A stretch of 64,000 bases of DNA. It comes from Macrostomum lignano (lineage: Eukaryota). Within the stretch, counting starts at the first letter, position 1, and every line of letters begins with the position of its first letter. Where the stretch lies: positions 1-64,000 of the forward strand of contig NIVC01001375.1 of assembly GCA_002269645.1 (NCBI GenBank). The letters are read 5' to 3'. This document shows positions 1-16,073 of this stretch, piece by piece. The notes below the pieces were generated by a model. It worked only from the letters and a program-made list of their open reading frames with translations, was not told the origin of the DNA and searched no databases. The position numbers and the translations under genes were made by a program.

Positions 1-599
1 CAGGCAGCGCCTTTTAGACAATAGGAGGAACAGAAAGGTAAGACATTCAATTGAGTTTAATAATTATGCAGAATGTTTTTGATACTACTTATCAGTAATA
101 CAGTAGCAATATATGGTTGCTAAACAGCACCCTAAAGAACTCTATTTTGAACCCTAATTCAGAGGCTACGGATTTTACATGGCTGTCCGTCAGCTAGGCT
201 TCCTGCTGTGCCAGAAGAAGATCCCAAATTGTTGATGACAATCTAGCACAGCCAATTATTGAGTCTGTAAGCTTTGTTTGCAGGACCATTGTCAGGCATT
301 ATAAAGTGATGGAAACTACATAATAACTACAGAAACTATTTACATATTTAAAAATACTTAGATTGATGCCGAATTGAATCTGGAGTCTGCTGCGAGTAGT
401 AGCCGTCGAGTGCAACAACAGCATAGCGAAGAGCAGCCTTTAAGTGCTCAGGCTCAATCAAGTGACTTAATTTCAAACGTGTCTCGCGATTTAGTGATTA
501 ATTTAACTCGCTGCGATGCTAGCCAGGTAATTATGTGCTGTTTATCGAGTAATATTTCAGATTTTCTTGCCTTATTGAAGTATCAATAGTTTTGAAAAC

Positions 600-3500
600 A
601 TGGAGTGTGCAGAATTTTGCAACATCTGTAGTGTCAAGGGTAAGGGTTGTGATGTTGATATTCCATTTGATTTTCAACTTTTTTACTAATGTCTCAAATT
701 TACTAAGGTTTTGAATGAGCAAGCTGCTGACGGCGTAGAGACTGCTCAACCGGAACCGGAAGTACCGCAGGAGCCCAATTATTACATTGCGAATCGCTTT
801 TTTCCAATAGTTAGACTCGCACGTCTGGAGTATTTGCCTACTGATGAGGTGAGTAGTAAATATTGTATTTACTGTTTGTAGTAAAATAAGTTACTAAGTA
901 TGTTATAATTAGCTAAATAGCCATCTATAATTTTACCTTTAGTTGTCGGCATCTGCGTCTTCATTACTGCGTATTCCTCTAGAGCGTAACGATAATGAGA
1001 GTGAAACTGAAACTTCTGCTTCTTCTGCTGCTTCTGTTGCTGCTGCTTCTGCACCTGCGGCGACTGAAGCAGAAGAGATGGCCACATTGCCAGAGCAGAT
1101 TTGCCGGCAACGCATTGCCGTGGTTAGACTGACTCGCTTGGATAGTTTCACGTCAATGGTTTCGTTAGATAAATCGGTAAGTTACTTCGGTTTCTCGTCA
1201 TTTCTCCAGTTGTCTACTTAACGTGTGTATGCTTGAGCTTTGATACGTTATTGTTAATAATGCGTTTATTGTTGTTACTTTAAATCCTGCCTCGCTCTCA
1301 TTAGGTGGCGCAATCCCGGTCGACCAGATCTCAGACCCTAGACACAACGGTTGAGCGAAAGAGGTTTGTGGAAACTGGAGAGCAACAGAAAACCAGGTCA
1401 TCTTGCTTGGGGCCCAGAACCGACATCAGGATGCTGAAGATGAAGAGCCGAGCAGGCCCAGAACCCGACATCAGGATGCTGAAGATGAAGAGCCGAGCAG
1501 GCCTAGAACCCGACATCAGGATGCTGAAGATGAAGAGTCAGGCAGACCAAGAACCCGGAAACGGGATACTAGAGATGGAGAGCTGAGCAGACCCAGAACC
1601 CGACATCAGGATGCTGAAGATGAAGAGTCAGGCAGACCAAGAACCCGGAAACGGGATACTAGAGATGGAGAGCTGAGCAGACCCAGAACCCGACATCAGG
1701 ATGCTGAAGATGAAGAGTCCGGCAGACCAAGAACCCGGAATCGGGATACTAGAGATGGAGAGCTGAGCAGACCCAGAACCCGACATCAGGATGCTGAAGA
1801 TGAAGAGCCGAGCAGGCCCAGAACCCGACATCAGGATGCTGAAGATGAAGTGCCAAGCAGGCCCAGAACCCGACATCAGGATGCTGAAGATGAAGAGCGA
1901 GCAGGCCCAGAACCCGACATCAGGATGCTGAAGATGAGGAGTCAAGCAGTCCCAGAACCCGACACCAGGATGCTGAAGATGAAGAGCTGAGCAGGCCCAG
2001 AACCCGACATCAGGATGCTGAAGATGAGGAGTCAAGCAGTCCCAGAACCCGACACCAGGATGCTGAAGATGAAGTGCCAAGCAGGCCAGAACCCGACATC
2101 AGGATGCTGAAGATGAGGAGTCAAGCAGTCCCAGAACCCGACACCAGGATGCTGAAGATGAAGTGCCAAGCAGACCCAGAACCCGACATCAGGATGCTGA
2201 AGATGAAGAGTCAGGCAGACCAAGAACCCGGAATCGGGATACTAGAGATGGAGAGCTGAGCAGACCCAGAACCCGACATCAGGATGCTGAAGATGAAATG
2301 CCAAGCAGGCCCACAACCCGACATCAGGATGCTGAAGATGAGGAGTCAAGCAGTCCCAGAACCCGACACCAGGATGCTGAAGATGAAGAGCTGAGCAGGC
2401 CCAGAACCCGACATCAGGATGCTGAAGATGAGGAGTCAAACAGTCCCAGAACCCGACACCAGGATGCTGAAGATGAAGTGCCAAGCAGGCCCAGAACCCG
2501 ACATCAGGATGCTGAAGATGAAGAGTCAGGCAGACCAAGAACCCGGAAACGGGATACTAGAGATGGAGAGCTGAGCAGACCCAGAACCCGACATCAGGAT
2601 GCTGAAGATGAAGTGCCAAGCAGGCCAAGAACCCGACATCAGGATGCTGAAGATGAGGAGTCAAGCAGTCCCAGAACCCGACACCATGATGCTGAAGATG
2701 AAGTGCCAAGCAGACCCAGAACCCGACATCAGGATGCTAAAGATAAAAGGCCGAGAAGATCTAGAACCCAAGATCGGGATGCTGAAGATGAAGAGCCAAG
2801 AAGATCCAGAAACCGACATCAGGATGCTGGAGATGAAGAGCTGAGTAGACCCCGAACTCGACACCAGGATGTGGCAAATAAAAGGTTAAAAAGGTCCAGA
2901 ACCCGGGAATGGGACATAGGAAATGAAAAGCTAAGATCCAGAACCCGACATCAGGATGCTGAAGATATAGACCGGAGCAGACCTCGGACACGACACCATC
3001 TTGCTGAAAATCTAGAGTCGAAAAGGTCTAGAACCCGACATCAGACTGAGCATGAAGAGCCGAGAAGGTCCAGAACCCGACATCAGCAGGAGACTGGGCA
3101 TGAAGAGCCGAGAAGGTCCAAAACTCGACACAATAGCCTTCATCGACATAGTTCAGCCTCGTCGTTCCAAGAAGCCCGGCAGCAGAGCAACAGTCCATTA
3201 GGCAGCAGTCATAGAAGCTTCCGCTGTCGCCTCTGTCGCGCCCGCTTCATTCGGAACGGCGACTTGAAGGCGCACGCGCGAGTGCACAGCGGCGCAAAGC
3301 CGTTCCGTTGCGCTCAGTGCGCGAGACGCTACGCACTGGCTGGCGATCTGCAGCGGCACGTCCGCTCAGCGCACCGGCTGGACCGGCCGCACAAGTGCAA
3401 TCGTTGCGGCAAATGTTTTGCTAGAGAATTCGACCTGAGCTGTCATGCGAGAACGCACACAGGTGATAAGCCTTTCAAATGCGACCTGTGCGGCATCAGC

Positions 3501-3725
3501 TTTGGTCATTCCAGCACCTTGGCTAAGCACAGACGCGTGCACACTGGCGAAAAGCCGTATCGTTGCTCACAGTGTAGCATGCGGTTTTCCCTAGCGTCCA
3601 GTCTCACCAATCACTTGCGAATTCACAGCGGTGAGAAACCGTTTAAATTTCGATTTTGCGGCAGCAAGTTCTCTCAGGTTAGCACGCTGTCTAAGCATTA
3701 TCGAATGCACGCAGAGGGTAGATGA
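600..3725 (+). CDS. C2H2 zinc-finger protein with long 15-aa charged N-terminal repeat (5' exon structure tentative)
   Basis: Six C2H2 fingers with TGEKP-type linkers at ~3215-3710 (sixth has Cys->Phe). Upstream 45-bp repeat encodes RHQDAEDEEPSRPRT (~1410-3120). Exons 943-1176 and 1305-3725 have GT/AG in phase 0; 600-639 and 811-848 are tentative. Three single-C losses (~1420, ~1898, ~2087) shift the frame and together return to the frame of 1305. Confidence 0.8.
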
Positions 3726-4423
3726 TCAAAAACGTGATTCAAATTGAAATCTCCGTTTTCATCTGGTTGCAAATTCTGTCACCAGTTTTGTTCGACTGAA
3801 AGTTGTGTTGTTAGTTCTTTTTTGTATTTTTCTAATTAAAATTTGAAATTAAATCAATGCGTTTTGCATTTTTCCGGCATTAACTTGCATTATTTAAACA
3901 ATGCCTTTGTTAGGGAGGGGGGTGTTTGAAAAGCCTACGAGAATAGGTCTGCAATTACTACATGTAAGCCTGTGCGTAGCTATCTCATAGTGTTCCTGCC
4001 TTCTAATTTTAGTTTGGATCATTATCATTAGTCTGGGTGAGATATTATTTGAGAAGTTAATTGCTTTTCCTGTCTCTGGGGGAGTTATAAGTGGTATTCA
4101 GATTGATTTTGTCAAGATCGGGATTATAATTCTTCCGAGTCATATTGGAGTAGGAAGGTTCGTACAAAAGGGTATAGAAAGAATCTTTTTCAGGAGTACA
4201 AGACTCCCATATCCCATTCCTTATAGGCCATGATTGTTTCGAATTTCTGAAGCAGAGTCCTTCATCTCCTTAGAACAGGGGTCCGCAAACTCCGGCCTGA
4301 AAAGCCTCTGTATCTGGCCATCGGGTCCTTTTGAAACTTCACAATGGCAATCCGGCCCGCTGAAGTTTTGTTTCTTATCTCAGGTTTTCTCAGGTTCTTT
4401 TCTCTCTAATCTCTTGTCTCTTG

Positions 4424-4612
4424 TTCTCTCATCTCCTCTCTCCTATCCCCTCCCTTCTCTTCTCTCATCTCCTCTCTCCTATCCCCTCCCTTCTCTTCTC
4501 TCATCTCCTCTCTCCTATCCCCTCCCTTCTCTTCTCTCATCTCCTCTCTCCTATCCCCTTCCTTCTCTTCTCTCCCTCCCTTCTCCTCTCCACTCCTCTC
4601 TCCTCTCCTCTC
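4424..4612. repeat. 36-bp pyrimidine-rich tandem repeat
   Basis: About 4-5 copies of ctctcatctcctctctcctatcccctcccttctctt. Confidence 0.9.
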
Positions 4613-4793
4613 ATATTTTATCTACCCTCACCTATATTATCCGTAATTTAACAAAACAGAAAGTGGTTCTGTCGTATTAGATTAGATCCTACGGTACGAT
4701 AACCTGCGTTACTTTGTAGAAGTTTCTATTTGCATCCACATGCTAAATTTATTTTACAATATTTCCTGCTTTTTAATGCAATTTAATCAGTAA

Positions 4794-9191
<4,398 letters not shown>

Positions 9192-9295
9192 CTCAGAGTC
9201 GTTTGGAGAGGTTTTCAGCGCGTATAGCTTTTGCTGCTGCTGAAAGGTGGGCCGAGTTTTGGTGTCTTGGTTTGTTCTAGCTAAACATTACTAAT

Positions 9296-9462
9296 AATTG
9301 TCAGCTATTGGCATTGGATGTCTGTTGGTGTTTGTCAGCTATTGGCATTGGGTGTCTGTTGGAGTTTGTCAGCTATTGGCATTGGTGTATGTTGGTGTTT
9401 GTCAGCTATTGGCATTGGATGTCTGCTGGTGTTTGTCAGCTATTGGCATTGATGTCTGTTGG
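9296..9462. repeat. ~30-34-bp tandem repeat downstream of TrxR stop
   Basis: About 5 copies of gtttgtcagctattggcattgg-containing units. Confidence 0.85.
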
Positions 9463-9649
9463 TTTCACATTGCACTGAATCACTGACTAAAGACACCCTC
9501 GTCCACTGGTCGTACAATGCTCGCATTTCAAAAACTGGCAGCTCAGTTCCAGTAACGAATGAGACATTAGTTCGACCCCTCTCCACGGCTCGTGACTCTC
9601 AAAAACCCAGAAATCATGTTCATTTTAACTGCTCAATTTTTTTGGACTC

Positions 9650-9734
9650 GCAGTGGTGCTCTTATGACGGCCTCTCGGAATTAAACATTGGCCCGTTTGT
9701 GGTCCATTGGTCCGGTTGCCTGAACAGACATTGC
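9650..9734 (+). promoter_or_regulatory. Candidate SECIS element
   Basis: AUGAC (9664) ... UGAA (9721) quartet; AA 11 nt after AUGA; GGC/GCC and CGGA/UCCG upper stem; GCAGUG/CAUUGC lower helix. Apical region is longer than canonical. Confidence 0.45.
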
Positions 9735-10183
9735 CTGCTGCTGTTGTAGTTCAATCCGTAGTATATATATTTTTATTTTGCCCAATTAGAAACGAGAATT
9801 TGATGATTAAACTGTTGCTCATATTCATATCAAAGAAGCAAATCAATTTTGCTACGGCTTTCATGACATCGCGTAATTGCTAACTGCATGCCTGTCTTTG
9901 AGCTTTTATTCATTATAGAAGGTAGATGCTTTGCCGAAGTTGCTATTCGAACTGTTTTGGCTGTCTGGATTGCAACCCGGAAGTTCACAGCTACCAGTAC
10001 ATGTAGATGTTGCGAATCCGGAAGTTACTAGCTAGGTGTTGATCAAGAGCCAGTAGAAAACTTGCACTAAAAGTTGTCATTTATGTTAGTAACTTAAACT
10101 TGCTAGATAGATGTTGCAAATAACTGGAAGTTGTCAATAACTACAAACCGGTATATGTACAATGTAGAAGTTGCTAACGTTAT

Positions 10184-10960
10184 ATCTCCCACACTACATC
10201 TCCGACATTTCATATCTCCGACACTCCATATCTCCGACACTTCATATCTCTGGCACTCCATATCTCCCACACTATATCTCCGACACTCCATATCTCCGAC
10301 ATTTCATATCTCCGACACTCCATATCTCCCACACTATATCTCCGACATTTCATATCTCCGACGTTCCATATCTCCCACACTACATCTCCGACATTTCATA
10401 TCTCCGACACTTCATATCTCCGGCACTCCATATCTCCGACACTCCATATCTCCCACACTAAATCTCCGACATTTCATATCTCCGACACTCCATATCTCCG
10501 GCACTCCATATCTCCCACACTACATCTCCGACATTTCATATCTCCGACACTCCATATCTCCGACGTTCCATATCTCCGACACTCCATATCTGCGACACTC
10601 CATATCTCCCACACTACATCTCCGACATTTCATATCTCCGACGTTCCATATCTCCGACACTCCATATCTCCGACACTCCATATCTCCCACACTACATCTC
10701 CGACATTTCATATCTCCGACGTCCCATATCTCCGACACTCCATATCTCCCACACTACATCTCCGACATTTCATATCTCCGACACTTCATATCTCCGTCAC
10801 TTCTTATCTCCAACACTTCATATCTCCGACACTTCATATCTCTGACACTCAATATCTCCGACACTTCATATTTCCGACACTTCATATCTCCGACACTGCA
10901 TATCTCCGACACTTCATATCTCCCACACTATATCTCCGATACTTTATACCTCCGACACTG
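10184..10960. repeat. 15-20-bp minisatellite (catatctccgacact family)
   Basis: Dozens of variant units. Confidence 0.95.
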
Positions 10961-11181
10961 TTATACGTAAAGGAAGTCGAAGTCTAGTGCGTGATCGTAG
11001 CAGCAATTACATTTGTTGGCGTGTATGCAAAACTGAAGCAGAATATCCTTTTTTATTCTAAAGATAGTGGGGTCTTAATGGCTCAGAAATGATAGCCTTA
11101 GAAAATATATACATGTAACACCCCGACCAATGCAAAGAAGTACAGAAGAAAGTTCGCATGCACCAGGAAACTACCGATAGA

Positions 11182-13935
11182 TCAATCTCTCGGGTGGTTT
11201 TCGAATTCTGGTGCTTCTACGGAGTTCCAAACTTGGATTGAAATTTGTTCAGTAGGCTGTGCAAGTGACTCTGCATCGAAGACTTTGCATTCAGCCTCAG
11301 TAGAACCAGTAGGATTGAGTTCCTTGAAATCTGACGAATCCTTGGCCTGCGAAGTCTCTTGGTCTGGAGTCCTGGCAGTGATGTCAGACTGGTGCACTAA
11401 CCGGGCTCTGTTGTCAGTGAATGTGTTGGAACCGATTTTGGACTCGATCTGGTCAGAAAGTTTGTTAGGCTTCGATTCCACACGAATGTACACAGGCTTA
11501 GCAGATTCTGTCGGTGGGTGAAACTCTGTTGCAGAAGCAGAAAGTAGTGTGCGCGGAATCTTCAGGAAGACTTGTCCGGCAGGCATGGCTCCGATAGTAG
11601 ACGGTGTGGTGTTGAGTGTCAGGCAAAACGCGGTGATTGAATGGTCCACCTCCCCAGACGATCTGTTAAGCGACAGCTTGAGCTCTTGAATCACTCGCTC
11701 AACCAAACCGTTGGACTGGTGATGTCCAGGAGGTGTTAGAATTTGCTTTGCTTTTTCTTCTTCTTCAGAATTCTTCAGAACGAAAATTGGTTCCGTTGTC
11801 TGAGACGAGAAACTTTGGCAAACCAACATACTTTAAGGTCTTCCTGCAAGCCTTGATGACAGAAGAAGATGCGAGCGTGCTGAGAATTTGCACGTCAATC
11901 CAGAGAGAAAATGCATCCACGAATAGGAGGAACTTGAAGTCTTTGTACATCGCAATGTCGACATAAACTCGTTCGAGAAATTCCTCGGCATCCGTCCAGG
12001 TGGCTTAAGTTGGAATTGGGATTCTTGTGTGCGTGTAGCTGGCATGTGGCGCATCTCAGCACAAAGCTTTGGATGTGCAAGTCCATGGATGGCCACCAGA
12101 AATACTGCCGTCCGAGCCGAATCATTCGCACGATGCCATGATGCTGCTCATGGAGCAATTTCAGAATTTCGAGTCTCATTGCAACGGGAGGAACAATTCG
12201 AATGCCCTTGTAGACGATTCCATTCTGAATGGTGTATTCAGATCGGTCTTTGCTATACGGCTGCATAGATCGTGGAAGGTACTCTGGTCAACCTTGCGTG
12301 ACGAACTTTTTCAGCAATTGAATCTCAGGATCCCTGGAAGTAGAAATTCTTTGAAGAAGTGTAATCAGATTGTCTGAACTCTTGACGACTGTTAATCTCT
12401 TGCATGTTGACAGTGTTAGTCCTTGCAGCTTCTTGCCCACTTGGCAATCTTGATAGCGTGTCTGCAGCGAGCATTGTCTCTCCTTTCGAATAGCACAGTC
12501 TGTAGTTGTATGCGCTTAGAGCAAGAGCCCAACGTTGCAGACGAGCAGAAACACGCTCTGAAGTTTTCCCTGGGTTGAAGATGTACATCAGGGGACAATG
12601 GTCAGACAGAATTGTGAAGCTGCGTCCAGCGAGAAATTGGTGAAAGTATTTTACTCCTTCAACTATTGATATCGAGCTTCGCGCTCGATATTAGAATAGT
12701 TGGACTCGGCGTGCGTCAGAATCCGACTGGCGAGCCAAACTACTCGACTTTGGCGCTCATCATGAGAAAGAACGAACCCAATGCCGTCCTTTAACGCGTC
12801 GCAAGTAAGATACAGCGGCTTCGAGATGTCGTATGGAACTATGCTGCCTCGATTTAGCGATGTTGGCCTTCAATTCATTAAATGCCTGTCTTTGAGTCTC
12901 CGTTCAACTCCATTGCACGTTCTTCTTTAGCAGATGGTAAAGCGGTCTGGCTGTCATGGAAAAGTTCTTGCAAAACAGTCCATAATGCCGTAAGGTGGAT
13001 ATCGCACTTCGCAGCTTGTCCTTGCAGCTCCGGTAACTCAGTCAAAACCTTCATCCTAGCAGGATCCGGGTACAGTTGACCTTCTTGAAGTATGAATCCG
13101 AGGAACTTTACACTTTCTCTGCATTCTTGCGACTTACGGGTGTTGATTCGGAAGCCGTACTGTGCCAATCGATTCTTTACCAAGGACAGAACTCGGTGAT
13201 GCTCTTTCAGACCTGGTGTTCCAGTGATAACATCGTCCTGGTACGAAGCGACGTTTGGAATGTCACGAAGAAGCTTATCCATTACTTCTTGGAAGATTAA
13301 AGGTGCCGAAGAGATTCCGAATTGCATGCTGCGAAATGCAAAGTGACCAATGTGTGTAGAGATGCAAGTTAGCTTTTGACTCTCTTCTGTCAGTGCTATC
13401 TGTAGGTATGCATCTTCTAGGTCGATGACGGAGTAGTACTTAGCGTTCGGAATGGCATGGAGGATTTCTTCTAGCTTTGGAAGCTTGTATCGATCTGCGT
13501 CGATGAGTCTATTGAGTGTCACTGAGTAGTCTTCGGGCCTTCGATCCTTCAATCCTTCGGGCTTCAACACTGGCACGGTTGGGCATGAAACTATTGGATT
13601 TTGTACAGGATAAATGATTCCTGCGCCCAGAAGTCTCTTCAACTCGATCTCGACAATAGTTTTCATTTAGAATGGCAGTGATCGAGCTGGGTAGCACATA
13701 CCTTCGAATGACGCTCCAGATTTCAGGCGAAAGCTTGCTGTGAATTTGTCTGCCTCGTTGACGGTGACAGGAGCGCAGTTTAAGCTTGAGTCCAAGTCAG
13801 GTATCAGATGAAATGCTCGAATGAAGTTCAAACCGAGAATACTTTGCGTGTCCGGCTCTCCGACGAAAATGTCTCCGACTGCGCTCTTCCCGCTGTCATC
13901 CTTAACCTCGTCCTCGACCTTGACGTTAGAAATCG
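11182..13935 (-). mobile_element. Degenerate Ty3/Gypsy LTR-retrotransposon pol (protease end, RT, RNase H, integrase)
   Basis: SILGLNFI protease tail; RT motifs IDLEDAYLQI and YQDDVI; RNase H YDISKPLYLTCDA; integrase HHCC (HEQHHG...CATC), core D (VDAFS), D (VSDNG), E (SNGLVER). Several stops and frameshifts; gag and LTRs not seen. Confidence 0.92.
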
Positions 13936-15657
13936 CCTGCTGCACCAAAATGAGTGCCTGCTGCACCAAAATGAGTGCCTGCTGCACCAAAATGAGTGCC
14001 TGCTGCACCAAAATGAGTGCCTGCTGCACCAAAATGAGTGCCTGCTGCACCAAAATGAGTGCCTGCTGCACCAAAATGAGTGCCTGCAGCACCAAAATGA
14101 GTGCCTGCTGCACCAAAATGAGTGCTTGCGGCGCTAAAATGAGTGCCTGCAGTGCCAAAATGAGTGCCTGCAGTGCCAAAATGAGTGCCTGCTGCACCAA
14201 AATGAGTGCCTGCGGCGCTAAAATGAGTGCCTGCAGTGCCAAAATGAGTGCCTGCAGTGCCAAAATGAGTGCCTGCTGCACCAAAATGAGTGCCTGCGGC
14301 GCTAAAATGAGTGCCTGCTGCACCAAAATGAGTGCCTGCTGCACCAAAATGAGTGCCTGCTGCACCAAAATGAGTGCCTGCTGCACCAAAATGAGTGCCT
14401 GCTGCACCAAAATGAGTGCCTGCTGCACCAAAATGAGTGCCTGCTGCACCAAAATGAGTGCCTGCTGCACCAAAATGAGTGCCTGCTGCACCAAAATGAG
14501 TGCCTGCAGCACCAAAATGAGTGCCTGCTGCACCAAAATGAGTGCCTGCTGCACCAAAATGAGTGCCTGCTGCACCAAAATGAGTGCCTGCTGCACCAAA
14601 ATGAGTGCCTGCTGCACCAAAATGAGTGCCTGCAGCACCAAAATGAGTGCCTGCTGCACCAAAATGAGTGCCTGCGGCGCTAAAATGAGTGCCTGCAGTG
14701 CCAAAATGAGTGCCTGCAGTGCCAAAATGAGTGCCTGCTGCACCAAAATGAGTGCCTGCGGCGCTAAAATGAGTGCCTGCTGCACCAAAATGAGTGCCTG
14801 CAGTGCCAAAATGAGTGCCTGCGGCGCTAAAATGAGTGCATGCAGCGCCAAAATGAGTGCCTGCAGTGCCAAAATGAGTGCCTGCTGCACCAAAATGAGT
14901 GCCTGCTGCACCAAAATGAGTGCCTGCTGCACCAAAATGAGTGCCTGCTGCACCAAAATGAGTGCCTGCTGCACCAAAATGAGTGCCTGCAGCACCAAAA
15001 TGAGTGCCTGCTGCACCAAAATGAGTGCTTGCGGCGCTAAAATGAGTGCCTGCAGTGCCAAAATGAGTGCCTGCAGTGCCAAAATGAGTGCCTGCTGCAC
15101 CAAAATGAGTGCCTGCGGCGCTAAAATGAGTGCCTGCTGCACCAAAATGAGTGCCTGCAGTGCCAAAATGAGTGCCTGCGGCGCTAAAATGAGTGCATGC
15201 AGCGCCAAAATGAGTGCCTGCAGTGCCAAAATGAGTGCCTGCTGCACCAAAATGAGTGCCTGCTGCACCAAAATGAGTGCCTGCAGCACCAAAATGAGTG
15301 CCTGCAGCGCCAAAATGAGTGCCTGCAGTGCCAAAATGAGTGCCTGCTGCACCAAAATGAGTGCCTGCTGCACCAAAATGAGTGCCTGCAGTGCCAAAAT
15401 GAGTGTCTGCAGTGCCAAAATGAGTGCCTGCAGTGCCAAAATGAGTGCCTGCAATGCCAAAATGAGTGCCTGCAGCGCCAAAATGAGTGCCTGCAGTGCT
15501 AAAATGAGTGCCTGCAGTGCCAAAATGAGTGCCTGCAATGCCAAAATGAGTGCCTGCTGCACCAAAATGAGTGCCTGCAGTGCCAAAATGAGTGCCTGCA
15601 ATGCCAAAATGAGTGCCTGCAGTGCCAAAATGAGTGCCTGCAGCGCCAAAATGAGTG
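13936..15657. repeat. 21-bp minisatellite (~80 copies)
   Basis: tgcaccaaaatgagtgcctgc and variants (cagtgcc, cggcgct). Confidence 0.97.
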
Positions 15658-16073
15658 TTGAGAACACCAATTCTGAAAATATTGAACATGTACATTTAAA
15701 ATTCTTGGCTTTGTCCCCCCCCCAAACAAAAAATCCCCGGCGACCCCCCTGGATACATTTAGCTCGTAAAAATTTAAAAGGATTTATGAATGCCCTAACA
15801 TGATGCAGGTTGGAAATTTATCATTTTGAATGACCCGTAATTGGCAGTCACGCTAAAGTTAAAATGTAAACATACAACTTACCTACCTATAAGTTTTCAT
15901 ACATGTGCTTCGCTGTTGTAGGCTTTTAAGTCAGGTGACAAATTTTGTTTAAATATATATCTACATGTACAAGTACGTACCGCTCTGAGGTGCAGATTTA
16001 AGTGGCTGATGCAACTGGATTTTCTGTGACCTTCGTAGCTGAAGTTTTAACTTTTATAATCAATTTGTCGCTC

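Noticed and set aside
9977-10025. Two CCGGAAGT ETS-like motifs (another at 756-763)
   Set aside because: Short motifs with no demonstrable downstream gene start; cannot support a promoter call.
10131-10970. 279-aa His/Ile/Ser repeat ORF, and similar ORFs at 18881-19480, 39589-40266, 48911-49588, 51783-52375, 56673-57330 and 62520-63128
   Set aside because: All coincide with tandem repeats and show no non-repetitive coding signal.
13821-15803. 660-, 667- and 589-aa ORFs on both strands (CTKMSAC, LILVQQA, GTHFGAA repeats)
   Set aside because: By-products of a stop-free 21-bp minisatellite; no domain content apart from the Gypsy tail.
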